Below, in pieces: positions 1 to 12,336 of a DNA stretch of 64,000 nucleotides (position 1 is the first letter of the stretch; each line of letters opens with the position of its first letter). The notes beneath the pieces are model-generated. The model did not search any database. It saw nothing but the letters and a program-made list of their open reading frames with translations, and had not been told where the DNA came from. The position numbers and the translations under genes were made by a program. The DNA comes from Octopus sinensis (Eukaryota), in the NCBI RefSeq assembly GCF_006345805.1, contig NC_042998.1, positions 10,478,001 to 10,542,000 on the forward strand, given 5' to 3'.

Positions 1-617
1 TTACCCTTGCCACAGTCGGCTATGGCCTCAGTCACCTCCTCAGGCGTGATTGACCCTTCACAGCTCTCCGCATCCCGTCCCGAGAGGTGCGGCAGCCCGG
101 CGAGGAAGCCCGTAAGGTCCACCCTCTCATCCGGTCCACCTTCACCCACGAAAAGCTGGGCGAAGTGTTCTTGAAAAGTCCGACACATCTCCTCGGGTTC
201 GTTTACCACATCGCCCTTCTTGTTCGTCACAGACTTAACTGTGGAATCGTTTCCGCGTTGAGCCTCCACAACTCGTGCCCATCCAGCGGCCTTAATTCCT
301 TCGCACCCCATTGCGCGAATTCTAGCTCTGACGATACAACCCATATGCTTGGTTTCGAGGTGCTGGTTTAATTCCAGTCTCTTCGCCTTCACCTGGGTCC
401 CGTCGCCAGATCTTATGGCTTCCTCTAGAGCCTTAACTAGCCCCTCTTCTTTCTTACGCCTTTTCTTTGCTAGTCCTATACTATATCTAATGGACTCGTA
501 TTTTATGGCTCTCTTGAGCGCTAACCACCATTTGTTGTTAAGAATGGAACCGGTTAACGCCCTCTAAATTAGTAACCTAATCCGGCTTCTGTACTCCTCA
601 ATCGCCAAGAGGGACTT
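1..617 (-). mobile_element. L1/Tx1-clade LINE ORF2 fragment (linker between APE endonuclease and RT), runs off the window start
   Basis: Minus-strand translation ...NNKWWLALKRAIKYESIRYSIGLAKKRRKKEEGLVKALEEAI...GCIVRARIRAMG...CRTFQEHFAQLF...CEGSITPEEVTEAIADCGKG resembles the L1/Tx1 ORF2 region that precedes the KSPGxDG motif. Confidence 0.8.
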
Positions 618-966
618 ATACACACACACACACACACACACGCATAGACATTCACACATACACAAGCGCAGATACATGATAGACACTTTTGTCAGGAACG
701 ATTCATAAACGCTCAGTTCTTTGACAAACTGAACGACGTCGTGGAAGACAATGGAAGGAAATAATGTGCGAAATGGTTGTAAATTCCACAGACAGGTGTG
801 TTGCATACTGTAATGATCAGGTAGAAACAGCATGGCAAAGTGTAGCAAGGGTATGACATTTGAAGTACGGATAGAATCCATTCGATGGGTATCTTTAAAG
901 ATTTCCGTCTATTTTGTTTGTTTCCTTCTTGTTTGAGTGACTCAAGTGAAAAAAGAAAAAGAAAAT

Positions 967-1398
967 TCATCATCATCATTGTTCGACGGTGGTCGAGACA
1001 ATGGAATTTACCATGCTACGCCAGACTTCACGGTCCATCATGGCATTACGGAGGTCCTGTTGCTGGATGCCTGTATCCCTGGAGATTACATCAGGATAGG
1101 AGAGTGTGCGCCCTCTGGTGTTGCGAGTAGATGGCTTCCAGAGGAGAAGAGTAGAAATTACCTCTTTTTCAGCTCTACAATAATGTCCAGCAAACTGGAC
1201 TCTCCTACCTTTCACAAGAGATGACACAGGTGGTAGTTTCCCATATATTTGCATTTTGGTTGGATGGCGCCTCCACGAGAGATTTTGAGCTCTCATAAGG
1301 AGGCGAGTGTAGGTTCCACCCAACCGCCTCTCAAGCTTCCTTGATAACGTCCAGGTTTCTGAGCCATATAGTAGAATTGGTTCGACTGTGGCTTTGAA
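967..1398 (-). mobile_element. RTE-clade LINE 3' fragment, 5'-truncated, (TGA)n tail
   Basis: ORF 976..1323 (GTYTRLLMRAQNLSWRRHPT...RRVQFAGH...MMDREVWR); upstream FKATVEPILLYGSETW; (TGA)n tail seen as tcatcatcatc at 967. Confidence 0.85.
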
Positions 1399-1602
1399 AA
1401 GAAAAGTGCAAAGGACGCCACGTTGTCTTGTAGTAAAGAGAACCTCTTTGCCATTCGGTCATATCCGGACTCCACCCTTTCCAAAGAGACGCATACACAC
1501 AAACACGTGTGTGAATGTGTGCATGTGCAGGGTGACACATAAATACGCATAACCACTCATAAACACACTTGTACACGGACATAAAGCATGTACAAATAAA
1601 TC

Positions 1603-2036
1603 TTCAAAGCCACAGTCGAACCAATTCTACTATATGGCTCAGAAACCTGGACGTTATCAAGGAAGCTTGAGAGGCGGTTGGGTGGAACCTACACTCGCCT
1701 CCTTATGAGAAGCTCAAAATCTCTCGTGGAGGCGCCATCCAACCAAAATGCAAATATATGGGAAACTACCACTGTGTCATCTCTGTGAAAGGTAGGAGAG
1801 TCCAGTTTGCTGGACATTGTTGTAGAGCTGAAAAAGAGGTAATTTCTTCTCTTCTCCTTGGAAGCCATCTACTCGCAACACCAGAGGGCGCACACTCTCC
1901 TACCCTGATGTAATCTCCAGGGATACAGGCATCCAGCAACAGGACCTCCGTAATGCCATGATGGACCGTGAAGTCTGGCGTAGCATGGTAAATTCCATTG
2001 TCTCGACCACCGTCGAACAATGATGAATGATGATGA
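1603..2036 (+). mobile_element. RTE-clade LINE 3' fragment, inverted near-copy of 967-1398
   Basis: Reverse complement of 967-1398 with the same 5' break (ttcaaagccacag) and a tgatga tail. Confidence 0.85.
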
Positions 2037-2288
2037 CAAATAAGCGAAGAAGCACGCACAGACTTATTATCAGCAGAGGCACTATAGTAACTCAACGGCC
2101 AAGCGTTTCGTGTTAGCGCACTTATCAGTTTGACGAGAGCATTTGCATGGAACTCCAGGGCTTTGAGCTCTTGTGGTCCCTTCACTAATAAAAATACAAA
2201 TACTCTTATTATATGCATTGAATTCAATTTTTGCCTATGTCGAAACAAGTAGGCACCCACTTATAGACGCAGGCATACATAGACACAC

Positions 2289-2394
2289 TCCTGAATGACA
2301 TCAGGTCACACGATTTAGATGTTGTTGTAGCTACTCAACCGAGTCTCAGTAGCTACAACAACATCTAAATCGTGTGACCTGATGTCATTCAGGA
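2289..2394. repeat. Perfect 47-bp inverted repeat with 12-nt loop
   Basis: tcctgaatgacatcaggtcacacgatttagatgttgttgtagctact (2289-2335) is the exact reverse complement of 2348-2394; loop caaccgagtctc. Confidence 0.95.
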
Positions 2395-2470
2395 AACGCC
2401 CCTGTTTCCAGTTCGACATCAGGCCACGTACATTTAAACATCCTTCATGCACAGCCCAGAAGAAACAATG
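2336..2470 (-). mobile_element. L1/Tx1 ORF2 N-terminus (start of APE endonuclease)
   Basis: Minus-strand translation GCLNVRGLMSNWKQGRFLNDIRSHDLDVVVATETRL matches the APE motif pattern NVRGL...DV...ET. Confidence 0.75.
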
Positions 2471-2475
2471 TAAGT

Positions 2476-4380
2476 GATTTTGGCCAAAGTGTTAGCGAAA
2501 AGGTTGACGCGTGTCGCGAATGGTCTGATCGGGTAGGCACAAACTTGTGCAGTCCCCAAAAGAACTAATCAGGACAATCTTCATCTTATACGTTACACCG
2601 TAGAAGGGTTTGGGAATAACTCTGGCAAGAGTGGGGCACTGGTCCATTTAGACCAGAGTAAAGCCTTCGATAGGGTGAACCATCGTTACCTGGTGTCTGT
2701 GCTCGCACAGTTCGGGCTGGGTACTGGTTTCCTCAGGTGGATTATACAGTTGTACGACAACATCGACTTGATCGTTCGGGTGAACGGTCTACTTTCCAGG
2801 TCGTTCTGCATCAAACGGTCAGTTCGTCAAGGGTGCCCGCTCTCCCCGCTTCTATATGTGATGGCTCTCTAGCCATTACTGCGAAAGCTGAGCGTCATCC
2901 CGACGAATCCAGGAGGAGGAGGAGATTCTGTTGCAGCGTATGCGGACGACATCACCATCATCGTGACCAAGGTGGAACTCCTACAGAATGTAGGAAACAC
3001 CATCAAGGAGTACGAGACGGTGACAGGAGCAAAAATCAACCGGGAAAAGTCAGTCGGCTTGCAACTCGGCACCTGGATTGGCAAGCCGATACCTTCTAAC
3101 TGCATCGTGGGATGCTGGACGGAGGGCCCGGTTAATTTGCTAGGGGTCTGGTTTGGTCCAGGTCTCCAGATAGAAAAGAACTGGTCTGAGGTCGCGAGCA
3201 AGGTGGCTCACGTGGTCAAGACTTGGTCTTGGCGGTGGCTATCCTTGAAAGGAGGGGCGGAGGTGGCCAATGTGTTCATGGCATCGGTCATCATATACCG
3301 CCTAACCGTCGTCCCCTGTCCGGATTCGTGGTTGAACAAGTTGGAGAGGCAAATCTTTCGCTTTTTGTGGAAGGGTTCCACTCCTCTTGTGAGACGTTCT
3401 ATCTGTTGTCAAAAGCCGTTAAAGGGTGGGTTAGGGATGCCTTGGCTGTTGATGCGCAGACATGCGCTGAGGTTGAGGCATCTTCGGCTCTACCTGGAAG
3501 GTGAACGGGTGTGGTCCCCACTCGCACAACAGATGTTCCCCAGCTTTGCCAGCTTTGGTGGCAGAGAAACCTGGTTTCGTCGCAGACTAAGATCGAGTAT
3601 GTGGTATTCGGAGTGCCGGAAGGCTCTCTTACGCTTCCGCAGCTCGGGCAATGCCGGTGGCTTTGGTACCACCGCAGCAGGTTGGTAGAGGCCGGAAATG
3701 ACGATACCCTGGGAAGGACCCTAGGTCTCGATGGTAATCAGTTAGGCAGCCTGTTCCAAAGGACATTCGGACCAGGGACACTGGATAACTTTCAGAAGTC
3801 CTTGGCCTGGCAGTGTTACAGAGGAGCCTTACCCGTTCGAGATAAACTCACAAGGCATGGTCACAGTGGACCTTCGGCCTGTCCAAGATGCGGGCAGGAT
3901 GTGGAAACAGTCCTGCACGCCATTGTTCAGTGTCCGGAAATTTCGGAAGTGTGGGTTTATGCCGAACACCTGTTGTCGGACGGAGGAAGAGTACAGCTGT
4001 CGTCTGAGTCAATCTTAAAAAAGGACCCACCTGGTTTCATGACGAACGAAGGTAAGCTTTGCTTTCTCGTGATAGTAGCAGTTGCGAAAGAGGTTATATG
4101 GAAGACCAGTGTGAAAGGTATAATGTCAGACACCGTGATCTCTGGCACCGCCCTAACGAACTTTTTCAGATTCCATCTGAAAAGGAAGGTGGGGCTAGAG
4201 AAAAGGTGTCTGTCAGAGTCTGTATTCAAAAAAAGATGGATGCGTGTTGCACGGATGCTAGGTGTGAAAGGCCTTGCATGAACATACCATGATCACCTAC
4301 CAAAAGACTTCAGTTAAAATAACAGGGGTCGTGGGGTCGGCAATCCTGTTCTTTTGACTTCATATGTCCCTTTTTTGTTT
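2476..4380 (+). mobile_element. L1/Tx1-clade LINE, RT domain to 3' UTR, pseudogenised
   Basis: ILAKVLAKRL, LDQSKAFDRVNH, VRQGCPLSPLLY, YADD (2939-2950), KGGLGMP, CCHC knuckle CPRCGQDVETVLHAIVQC; in-frame stops near 2535 and 2870, frameshift near 3685, stop at 4281. Confidence 0.9.
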
Positions 4381-4797
4381 ACTCTTTACTCTTTTACTTG
4401 TTTCAGTCATTTGACTGCGGCCATGCTGGAGCACCGCCTTTAGTCGAGAAACTCGACCCCGGGTGTTCTAGCATAAGCCCAGTACTTATTCTATCGGTCT
4501 CTTTTGCTGAACCGCTAAGTGACGGGGACATAAACACACCAGCATCGGTTGTTAAGCAATGCTAGGGGGACAAACACAGACACACAAACATACACGCACA
4601 CACACACACATATATATATATATATACATATATACGACGGGCTTCTTTCAGTTTCCGTCTACCAAATCCACTCACAAGGCTTTGGTCGACCAGAACTATA
4701 GTGGAAGACACTTCCCCAAGGTGCCACGCTGTAGGACTGAACCCGGAACCATGTGGTTGGGAAGCAAGCTACTTACCACACAGCCACTCCTGCGCCT
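4381..4797 (-). mobile_element. SINE family A (tRNA-like head, CORE-like segment, internal microsatellite, (AAGAGTA)n tail)
   Basis: Head ggcgcaggagtggctgtgtggtaag with A box and B box (gggttcagtcc); ccttgggc/gaag CORE-like motif; more than ten copies in the window. Confidence 0.9.
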
Positions 4798-5120
4798 GTT
4801 TGTTTGTTCTTGTTCATTTTCATTTTCATTGTAAATAATCCATTCGATTTCACTGTAAATAGTTCCATTTGACCCCAAATCATTGTATTGTCCCCATCTA
4901 TGTAAATCCTTATGGATAATAAAGAAATAATACATAGACACACTCAAATTGAGAGCGAGAGAGAGAGAGAGAGAAAGTAAGAGAGAGAGAGAGGGGGTAG
5001 GTTTCTCGTTGGATTACAACTTTTTCTTTCGTTCCTTCAGCTGAAAATTACACTTTCTAACTTCCACATGTTGATATTCGGTTATCCTTCCTCGTCCTTT
5101 CCACTCTTTCTTCCATCTCT

Positions 5121-5127
5121 CTCTCTA

Positions 5128-5218
<91 letters not shown>

Positions 5219-5250
5219 GTATCTATCTATCTATCTTTCTATCTATCTCT
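5121..5250. repeat. (TCTA)n microsatellite
   Basis: Direct reading. Confidence 0.95.
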
Positions 5251-5668
5251 TACTCTTTACTCTTTTACTCTTTTACTTTTACTTGTTTCAGTCATTTGAC
5301 TGCGGCCATGCTGGAGCACCGCCTTTAATCGAGCAAATCGACCCCGGGACTTATTCTTTGTAAGCCCAGTACTTATTCTATCGGTCTCTTTTGCCGAACC
5401 GCTAAGTGACGGGGACGTAAACACACCAGCATCGGTTGTCAAGCAATGCTAGGGGCACAAACACAGACACACAAACATACACGCTCACATATATATATAT
5501 ACATATATGCGACGGGCTTCTTTCAGTTTCCATCTACCAAATCCACTCACAAGGCATTGGTCGGCCCGGGGCTATAGCAGAAGACACTTGCCGAAGATGC
5601 CACGCAGTGGGACTGAACCCGGAACCATGTGGTTGGTTAGCAAGCTACTTACCACACAGCCACTCCTA
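5251..5668 (-). mobile_element. SINE family A
   Basis: Near-identical to 4381-4797; head lacks the first few bases. Confidence 0.9.
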
Positions 5669-6072
5669 TGTGTTTTCGCATTTCACTTTCCTCCCTTCTA
5701 CTTTTCTCTTCCTCTTTTCTCTTCTATTTTTTTCTCTCCATCTCCTGCTTATAATTCATAACTTTCTCTCTCACATTTTTTTTTCTTTTTGAATATTTCA
5801 TCTCGTATTTTCTCGACTCTCATCTTTTATATCCCGTCTTCTGCAAACTCTTCATTTTAATCTATTTTATTGTTGTATCTTCTGTTCTCTCTCAATTTTT
5901 TTCTTATGCTTGTTTCACATGTTATTCATTTTTATTGTTCCTTTCCCTACCGCTTGTTGATTGATGTACATAACATCTTTACTATTCTTGTTCGTAACAT
6001 TGGTTAGTATTTTGGTTTCTACGTTCACCCGCCCCCCTTACGCACACACACACACACACACGTATATGCATT

Positions 6073-6620
6073 ATGTATGATGCTTGTATGTATGTATGTA
6101 TGTATGTATGTATGTATGTATGTATGTATGTGTGTATGTATGTATGTATGTATGTATGTATGTATGTATGTGTGTATGTATGTATGTATGTATGTATGTA
6201 TGTATGTATGTGTGTATGTATGTATGTATGTATGTATGTATGTATGTATGTATGTATGTGTGTATGTATGTATGTATATATGTATGTATGTATATATGTA
6301 TGTATGTATGAATGTATGTATGTATGTATGTATGTATGTATATATGAATGTATGTATGTGTGTATGTATGTATGTATGTATGTATGTATGTGTGTATGTA
6401 TGTATGTATGTATGTATGTATGTATGTATGTGTGTATGTATGTATGTATGTATGTATGTATGAATGTATGTATGTATATATGTATGTATGTATGTATGTA
6501 TGAATGTATGAATGTATGTATGTATGTATGTATGTATGTATGTATGTATGTATGTATGAATGTATGAATGTATGTATGTATATATGTATGTATGTATGTA
6601 TATATGTATGTATGTATGCA
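6073..6620. repeat. Large (TATG)n microsatellite array
   Basis: About 550 bp of TATG with TGTG and TGAA variant units. Confidence 0.95.
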
Positions 6621-6734
6621 TGTAAATGTGTTTGTCACCATCTCCGTGTTTATATATTTAATCAGTTCCTTTTTCACTCTCACGCGTATACACAGAAACA
6701 TACACATACGCATAATTACGCGTTAAATACATGA

Positions 6735-6772
6735 AGATCCATCCATCCATCCATCCATCCATCCATCCATCC

Positions 6773-6832
<60 letters not shown>

Positions 6833-6884
6833 ATCCATCCATCCATCCATCCATCCATCCATCCATCCATCCATCCATCCATCC

Positions 6885-6927
<43 letters not shown>

Positions 6928-6936
6928 CATCCATCC

Positions 6937-6992
<56 letters not shown>

Positions 6993-6995
6993 GCC
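6735..6995. repeat. Compound (TCCA)n/(TCTA)n/(TCTG)n microsatellite
   Basis: Direct reading. Confidence 0.95.
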
Positions 6996-7308
6996 TGTCT
7001 CTCGGTACACACCCCCAGTTACTCCGAACTGTCAAATACAGACACACACATTGTTTTTGACTATCTGTCTATCTGTCTATCTGTCTGTCTGTCTCTGTCT
7101 TTCTGACTGTCTCTCTCTCCCTCACGCAAAAAAAAAACACAAATAAGACATCTGGGTGGGGTTTTATCGGTGGTCGAGAGGGTACAAAAGCCCCTTTTCG
7201 TTATTTTTCATTCTGTGGATGCTACCCTTTCAATCTGCAATTTATATAGAGATTTTTTGAGATCCAAGGAAATTCCGGTCCAGGTGCAATAAATCCCAAA
7301 TACTACCT

Positions 7309-7309
<1 letters not shown>

Positions 7310-7348
<39 letters not shown>

Positions 7349-7429
7349 CACACGCACACACATATACCTATATTATATATATACACATATGTACATATGT
7401 ATATGTATATATGCATATGTGTATATATA

Positions 7430-7495
<66 letters not shown>

Positions 7496-7605
7496 GTACA
7501 TACACACGCGCACACGCACACACACATACCTATATTATATATATACATATGTACATATATATATATATATGTATATATGCATATGTGTATATATATATAT
7601 AATAT

Positions 7606-7636
<31 letters not shown>

Positions 7637-7680
7637 GTGTGTGTGTATGTATGTATGTATGTATATATTTATACATGTAT
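7310..7680. repeat. (TA)n-rich degenerate microsatellite block
   Basis: Direct reading. Confidence 0.9.
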
Positions 7681-8018
7681 ATTTATACGCATATGCTTAG
7701 AGATGCGTATATGTGTGCAAATATGTATATATGCGAGTGTGCGTGCATGCGTGTGTGTACCCGTGTGTGTGTGTGTAAGAAAGGTGGATGGATGGAAGGA
7801 TGGATAGAGGGAGGGAGGGAGGGAAGATACGGCTGAAGCGATGTGCCTTTCCACCCAACACATGGAAATATAATATTATGCCAAAGGCCGGATAAACGCA
7901 ATATTAACATTGTTGCTAAAATCCAGATTCTTCCATTTTGTTCTGTTTTTTTATTGCCATAGACATTGTTTATTAATAGATTTTCAGTTGTTTTCATTGA
8001 GCACTCGGTGTAGAATAT

Positions 8019-8054
<36 letters not shown>

Positions 8055-8258
8055 GTCTGTCTATCTCTGTCTCACGCATATACACAAGCAAAAATGCATA
8101 CATACATACATGTGTGTGTGTGTGTGTGTGTGAACATCTCTGTACATACCTCCATTAAATACCTTCCATCCGTCTGTCTATCCTTCTGTTTTATCAGCAT
8201 GTCAGTTTGACTTCCCAATCTCAACACATTCTCGGCGGCTCCTTAACGCGGCCCTTAC

Positions 8259-8374
8259 TCTTGGCAAGATCACGTGATGAGCACGCCGGTGTAGTACAAG
8301 GAAGAAAACGCAGAGACACGCAGATGCCATGATTTTTTCGAAGAAGTGTAAAAGAAGTCCAACGCCGATTCTTC
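8259..8374 (-). CDS. Candidate internal exon of an unidentified gene (116 nt)
   Basis: GC-richer island bounded by tttgtttatgccag| and |gtaagg; two of three frames are open. Protein not recognised. Confidence 0.25.
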
Positions 8375-8800
8375 CTGGCATAAACAAATATATCATACGC
8401 ACCAAATATGGCATGCTGATATGACGTTAATTTTGTAGCTAAGACTACTTTGCTATATACTTCTCTTCCAAGTTAGACGTGCATTCACAGACTCACACAT
8501 ACATATACACACAGATATAACATGCTCTTATACACAGGCACACATATACTCATAGACATTAAGCACGCATGTGTACGTGGGGTGGGCATAACTTGATTTT
8601 AGTTCCAAGGTCAGATGCAGATTTTTACTGTTAGATGTATTTCTGTTGCTTTTAAAGTTGAACAGTTAAATGTACTAGAAGCGACTCAATTTATATAATA
8701 AGTGCAAATACTGAAATACATAACCTATATGAGAGGTTTCACGTGTGACATAAACAACCGTCAGTGGAGGATACGAAAAATCTTATAATACTCTATACCT

Positions 8801-9165
8801 GGAGGCGCAATGGCCCAGTGGTTAGGGCAGCGGACTCGCGGTCGTAGGATCGCGGTTTCGATTCCCAGACCGGGCGTTGTGAGTGTTTATTGAGCGAAAA
8901 CACCTAAAAGCTCCACGAGGCTCCGGCAGGGAGGGTGGTGATCCCTGCTGTACTCTTTCACCACAACTTTCTCTCACTCTTTCTTCCTGTTTCTGTTGTA
9001 CCTGTATTTCAAAGGGCCAGCCTTGTCACACTCTGTGTCACGCTGAATATCCCCGAGAACTACGTTAAGGGTACACGTGTCTGTGGAGTGCTCAGCCACT
9101 TGTACGTTAATTTCACGAGCAGGCTGTTCCGTTGATTCGGATCAACCGGAACCCTCGTCGTCGTA
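8801..9165 (+). mobile_element. SINE family C (tRNA-like head ggaggcgcaatggcccagtggttagggcagcg), body type 1
   Basis: A and B boxes; 11-bp TSD actctatacct at 8790-8800 and 9166-9176. Confidence 0.9.
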
Positions 9166-9365
9166 ACTCTATACCTAACCTAATGTTATATGTTTTTGTA
9201 AAAAGCTGAAACGCATCTGAACAAATAGAGTGAACAAAAAAAAAGAACATTTTAAATATGAATATTGAAACATCTCTAGAAGAATAAGTTAAATGAATTA
9301 ACATAATAGAATACTCTACTTAGTTGAAAAGGGAAGATTATATACAATGCTCTAATTTATTGGTA

Positions 9366-9566
9366 TACTCTTTACTCTTTTACTTGTTTCAGTTATTTGA
9401 CTGCGGCCATGCTGGAGCACCGCCTTTAGTCGAGCAAATCGACCCCGGGACTTATTCTTTGTAAGCCCAGTACTTATTCTATCGGTCTCTTTTGCCGAAC
9501 CGCTAAGTGACGGGGACGTAAACACACCAGCATCGGTTGTCAATCAATGCTAGGGGGACAAACACA

Positions 9567-9651
<85 letters not shown>

Positions 9652-9758
9652 CATATATACGACGGGCTTCTTTCAGTTTCCGTCTGCCAAATCCACTCAC
9701 AAGGCATTGGTCGGCCCGGGGCTATAGCAGAAGACACTTGCTCAATATGCCACGCAGT
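9366..9758 (-). mobile_element. SINE family A, 5'-truncated
   Basis: Same body and tail as the other A copies; ends at gccacgcagt. Confidence 0.88.
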
Positions 9759-10269
9759 ATATGATTATTAATACAATGAAAGTGCTCGATACCTAGAGAC
9801 AGAGCTAAATCTAATGCAGGCACACAATTTCATAAGCGGATGTCGTTTGCACACAAAAGCACGCATTTATATTGAAAATCTTTAGTTGTTCCACACATTG
9901 TAAATATTTACAGTGCAAATGAATACTTCGGTGCAATACTTTCATTAGGCTGTGTTTACATACATTTGCGAGATGTTTAGCACGTAGGTGTCTTGTTTAC
10001 CGTGTATCTTTACATTAACCTTTGCTATGAGCGATCCTATCAGTGATAACTACGTAAGCTGATAAAAACGACCACATGTCCAACTAGATTAGACCTATCA
10101 ATACTCTGTAATCTTATTCCCAAGGGCCCAAAATTTAAGTTCAGCTTAGGATTAAGACATACACGAAACAGAATTTATTTTCAAAATTGGTTAGCGGGGA
10201 AGTCAATCTAGGATATTCATTGGGATCATGAATCATAATGTCAAGAATTCATTTTATGAATATAGTGTA

Positions 10270-10350
10270 CTACCGTCTCCAAAATCCTAAAAATTCCAAA
10301 TTCCGAAACATTCCTTGTCCCCAGGACTCCAGATAAGGTTGTATGTCTGT
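10270..10350 (+). mobile_element. Possible pogo/Tigger-type MITE end remnant
   Basis: ...aaattccgaaacattccttgtccccaggactccagataagg...tctgta resembles Tigger-like MITE termini (from memory); partner TIR not found. Confidence 0.3.
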
Positions 10351-10379
10351 AAGGCAAGAGTGGCCATAACGTTTCTTGT

Positions 10380-11440
10380 TATCTAACATAAGTTGTTCAC
10401 CTTCCACATGATGGTTTCAATAACTCATCCTTTATATAAGTGTACTACTCAAAATAGTCTCCATCGCAGAAGATGCATTTGTGCCCTCGTCGAACCCAAC
10501 ACGTGAATCCTTTTAGAATAATTTAATATGTGCACTGTTTTATCTTTTTCTTCATAATTATTTTCACTTTCTGCATATCACCCAATCTTGGTCCCCGTGG
10601 ACTGTCTTTCATTGGATCCAAGATGCTGGATTTGAGCTGTCCGGGGGAAGTGGTTCACTTACCAGTCCAATTTACTATTTGTCTCGTTTTTTCGGCAAAG
10701 ATGTATGTGCATAATTTCCAGTTTCTTGTTGGTTTTTTTTTCCGCCAAGGGGATCCCATAAGATTATTTGACTTCCTGAATGTGCGGTACACTGTTCACG
10801 GCGAATCTAAATATTCAAGAGAGAATCAAAGAGAATAAAAAAAAAGACTCAATGATTTCTGTGCCAATTGTTAGCTTTTGTTCTTCTTAAGTTTTGGAGA
10901 AGAGATGTGACGCCAATGCATGCAGCGAATCTTCGTTTCTGGGCCATAAAGTTATGACCACATTTCATCACCTGTTGGGAAAAGTTTCTTCATTGCTTTC
11001 AAACGATTCCGACTGGGTAGACTTCCACAGTTCCCTCCTTAAACTGGGTGTTTTCTACCGAGGTAACCACTCTGTACCAACTTTTCGATACCCAAAGTCT
11101 TCTGTAATGCACTATGTCCGCAATTTAGTTGTGCTTAAGCTCAGGGATCGAAATTAATTTGGCTGCGCGTAACAAATTGTCCAATCGCTGAGTATTTGCG
11201 TCAGCCGTGGCAGTTGAAGGTCTCCCAGTGTGTGGTTTGTCGTCAATGCTTATTTCCTCCTCTTTAAAGTTCTTTCTCCATATACACACATTACTCATGT
11301 CAATAGGGTCATCAACAAAAGCGACCTGTGCGTACACCCTTCCTGCGTTATTTCGGAGCCCATTATTTGTTTGCAATGTTGAAGAATAAGAACGAAAGGG
11401 ATTGTAGAAGAATACTTACTCTACCAACGTGTACAATTTC
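10380..11440 (-). mobile_element. Degenerate mariner (Tc1/mariner) transposon
   Basis: Minus-strand pieces WRKNFKEEEISIDDKPHTGRPST, GDEMWS*LYGPETK, PLPPDSSNPA (YSPDLAP equivalent), C-terminal KCIFCDGDYFE*; many stops and frameshifts. Confidence 0.85.
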
Positions 11441-11661
11441 AACCACCTATGCTTGTCAATAAAAAAAAGGAACATCTATTTTTGTATTATTTTCAGTAGA
11501 ATATTTGTTCGTGTAGAGTTAAGCATATATTGTATATGGATTATTTCCAGTATCTTTACACACGCACACACACACACACACACACCACACACACACACAC
11601 TTACACACACTTACATGCACACACTAATAGACACGTCCTTAGCTAAGTAAGCAAATATAGT

Positions 11662-11697
<36 letters not shown>

Positions 11698-11731
11698 ATA
11701 TATAATATATATATATATATATTATATATAT

Positions 11732-11806
<75 letters not shown>

Positions 11807-11807
<1 letters not shown>

Positions 11808-12108
11808 GAGGCACATGGCCTAGTGGTTAGAGCAGCGGATTCGCGGTCGAGGGTTTGAGGGTTCGAATCTCAGACTGGGCGATGTGTGTGTTTATGAGCG
11901 AAACCCCTGAGCTCCACGTGGCTCCGGCAGAAGGTAATGGCGAACTTCTGCTAACTCTTTCGCCACAAATTTCTCTCACTCTTTCCTCCTGCATCTTGCA
12001 GCTCACCTGCGACGGACCGGCGTCCTGTCCATGTGGGGAACCTATACGCCAAGGAAACCGGCCCTTATGAGCCAAGCGTGACTCGAGAAAGAAAAACAAC
12101 AACAACAA
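11807..12108 (+). mobile_element. SINE, family-C-like head with body type 2 and (AAC)n tail
   Basis: Head homologous to 8801; body cctgcgacggaccggcgtcctgtcc... resembles V-SINE-type central domains (from memory). Confidence 0.8.
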
Positions 12109-12124
12109 CATATATATATATATA

Positions 12125-12336
12125 TTCAAAATGTGACCGCGTGTGTTCCGTTGGCGATTTTTTTCCCTCTGTCTTCCCTTCTCTGGATCTTTCCTTCCCC
12201 TATGTTTCCGACGAAGAGCTCCGCTCGAAACGTTAAACCCTCCTTCTTTCTTTCTTTCCTGAGCGTCCAACAAAACTATATTTGTTCCAAGACCTCGCAT
12301 TGTTGTGTTTTTTTGTGCTTTCATGTTTGGATTAAC

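Noticed and set aside
5982-7836. Long ORFs such as MYVCMYVC..., HTYIHTYI... and YIYIYI...
   Set aside because: Translations of stop-free microsatellites; the same applies to similar ORFs at 18.5, 22.6, 28-31, 37.7, 43.3, 45.5, 52.1, 55 and 59 kb.
8190-8330. Plus-strand peptide ...RPLLLARSRD...GRKRRDTQMP* resembling a TGF-beta pro-domain furin site
   Set aside because: A stop follows immediately and no cysteine-knot ligand sequence is present in any frame.
8801-8875. SINE heads as functional tRNA genes (also 11807, 20289, 34210, 58520)
   Set aside because: Acceptor and anticodon stems do not pair properly, and each continues into a repeated body with a TSD.
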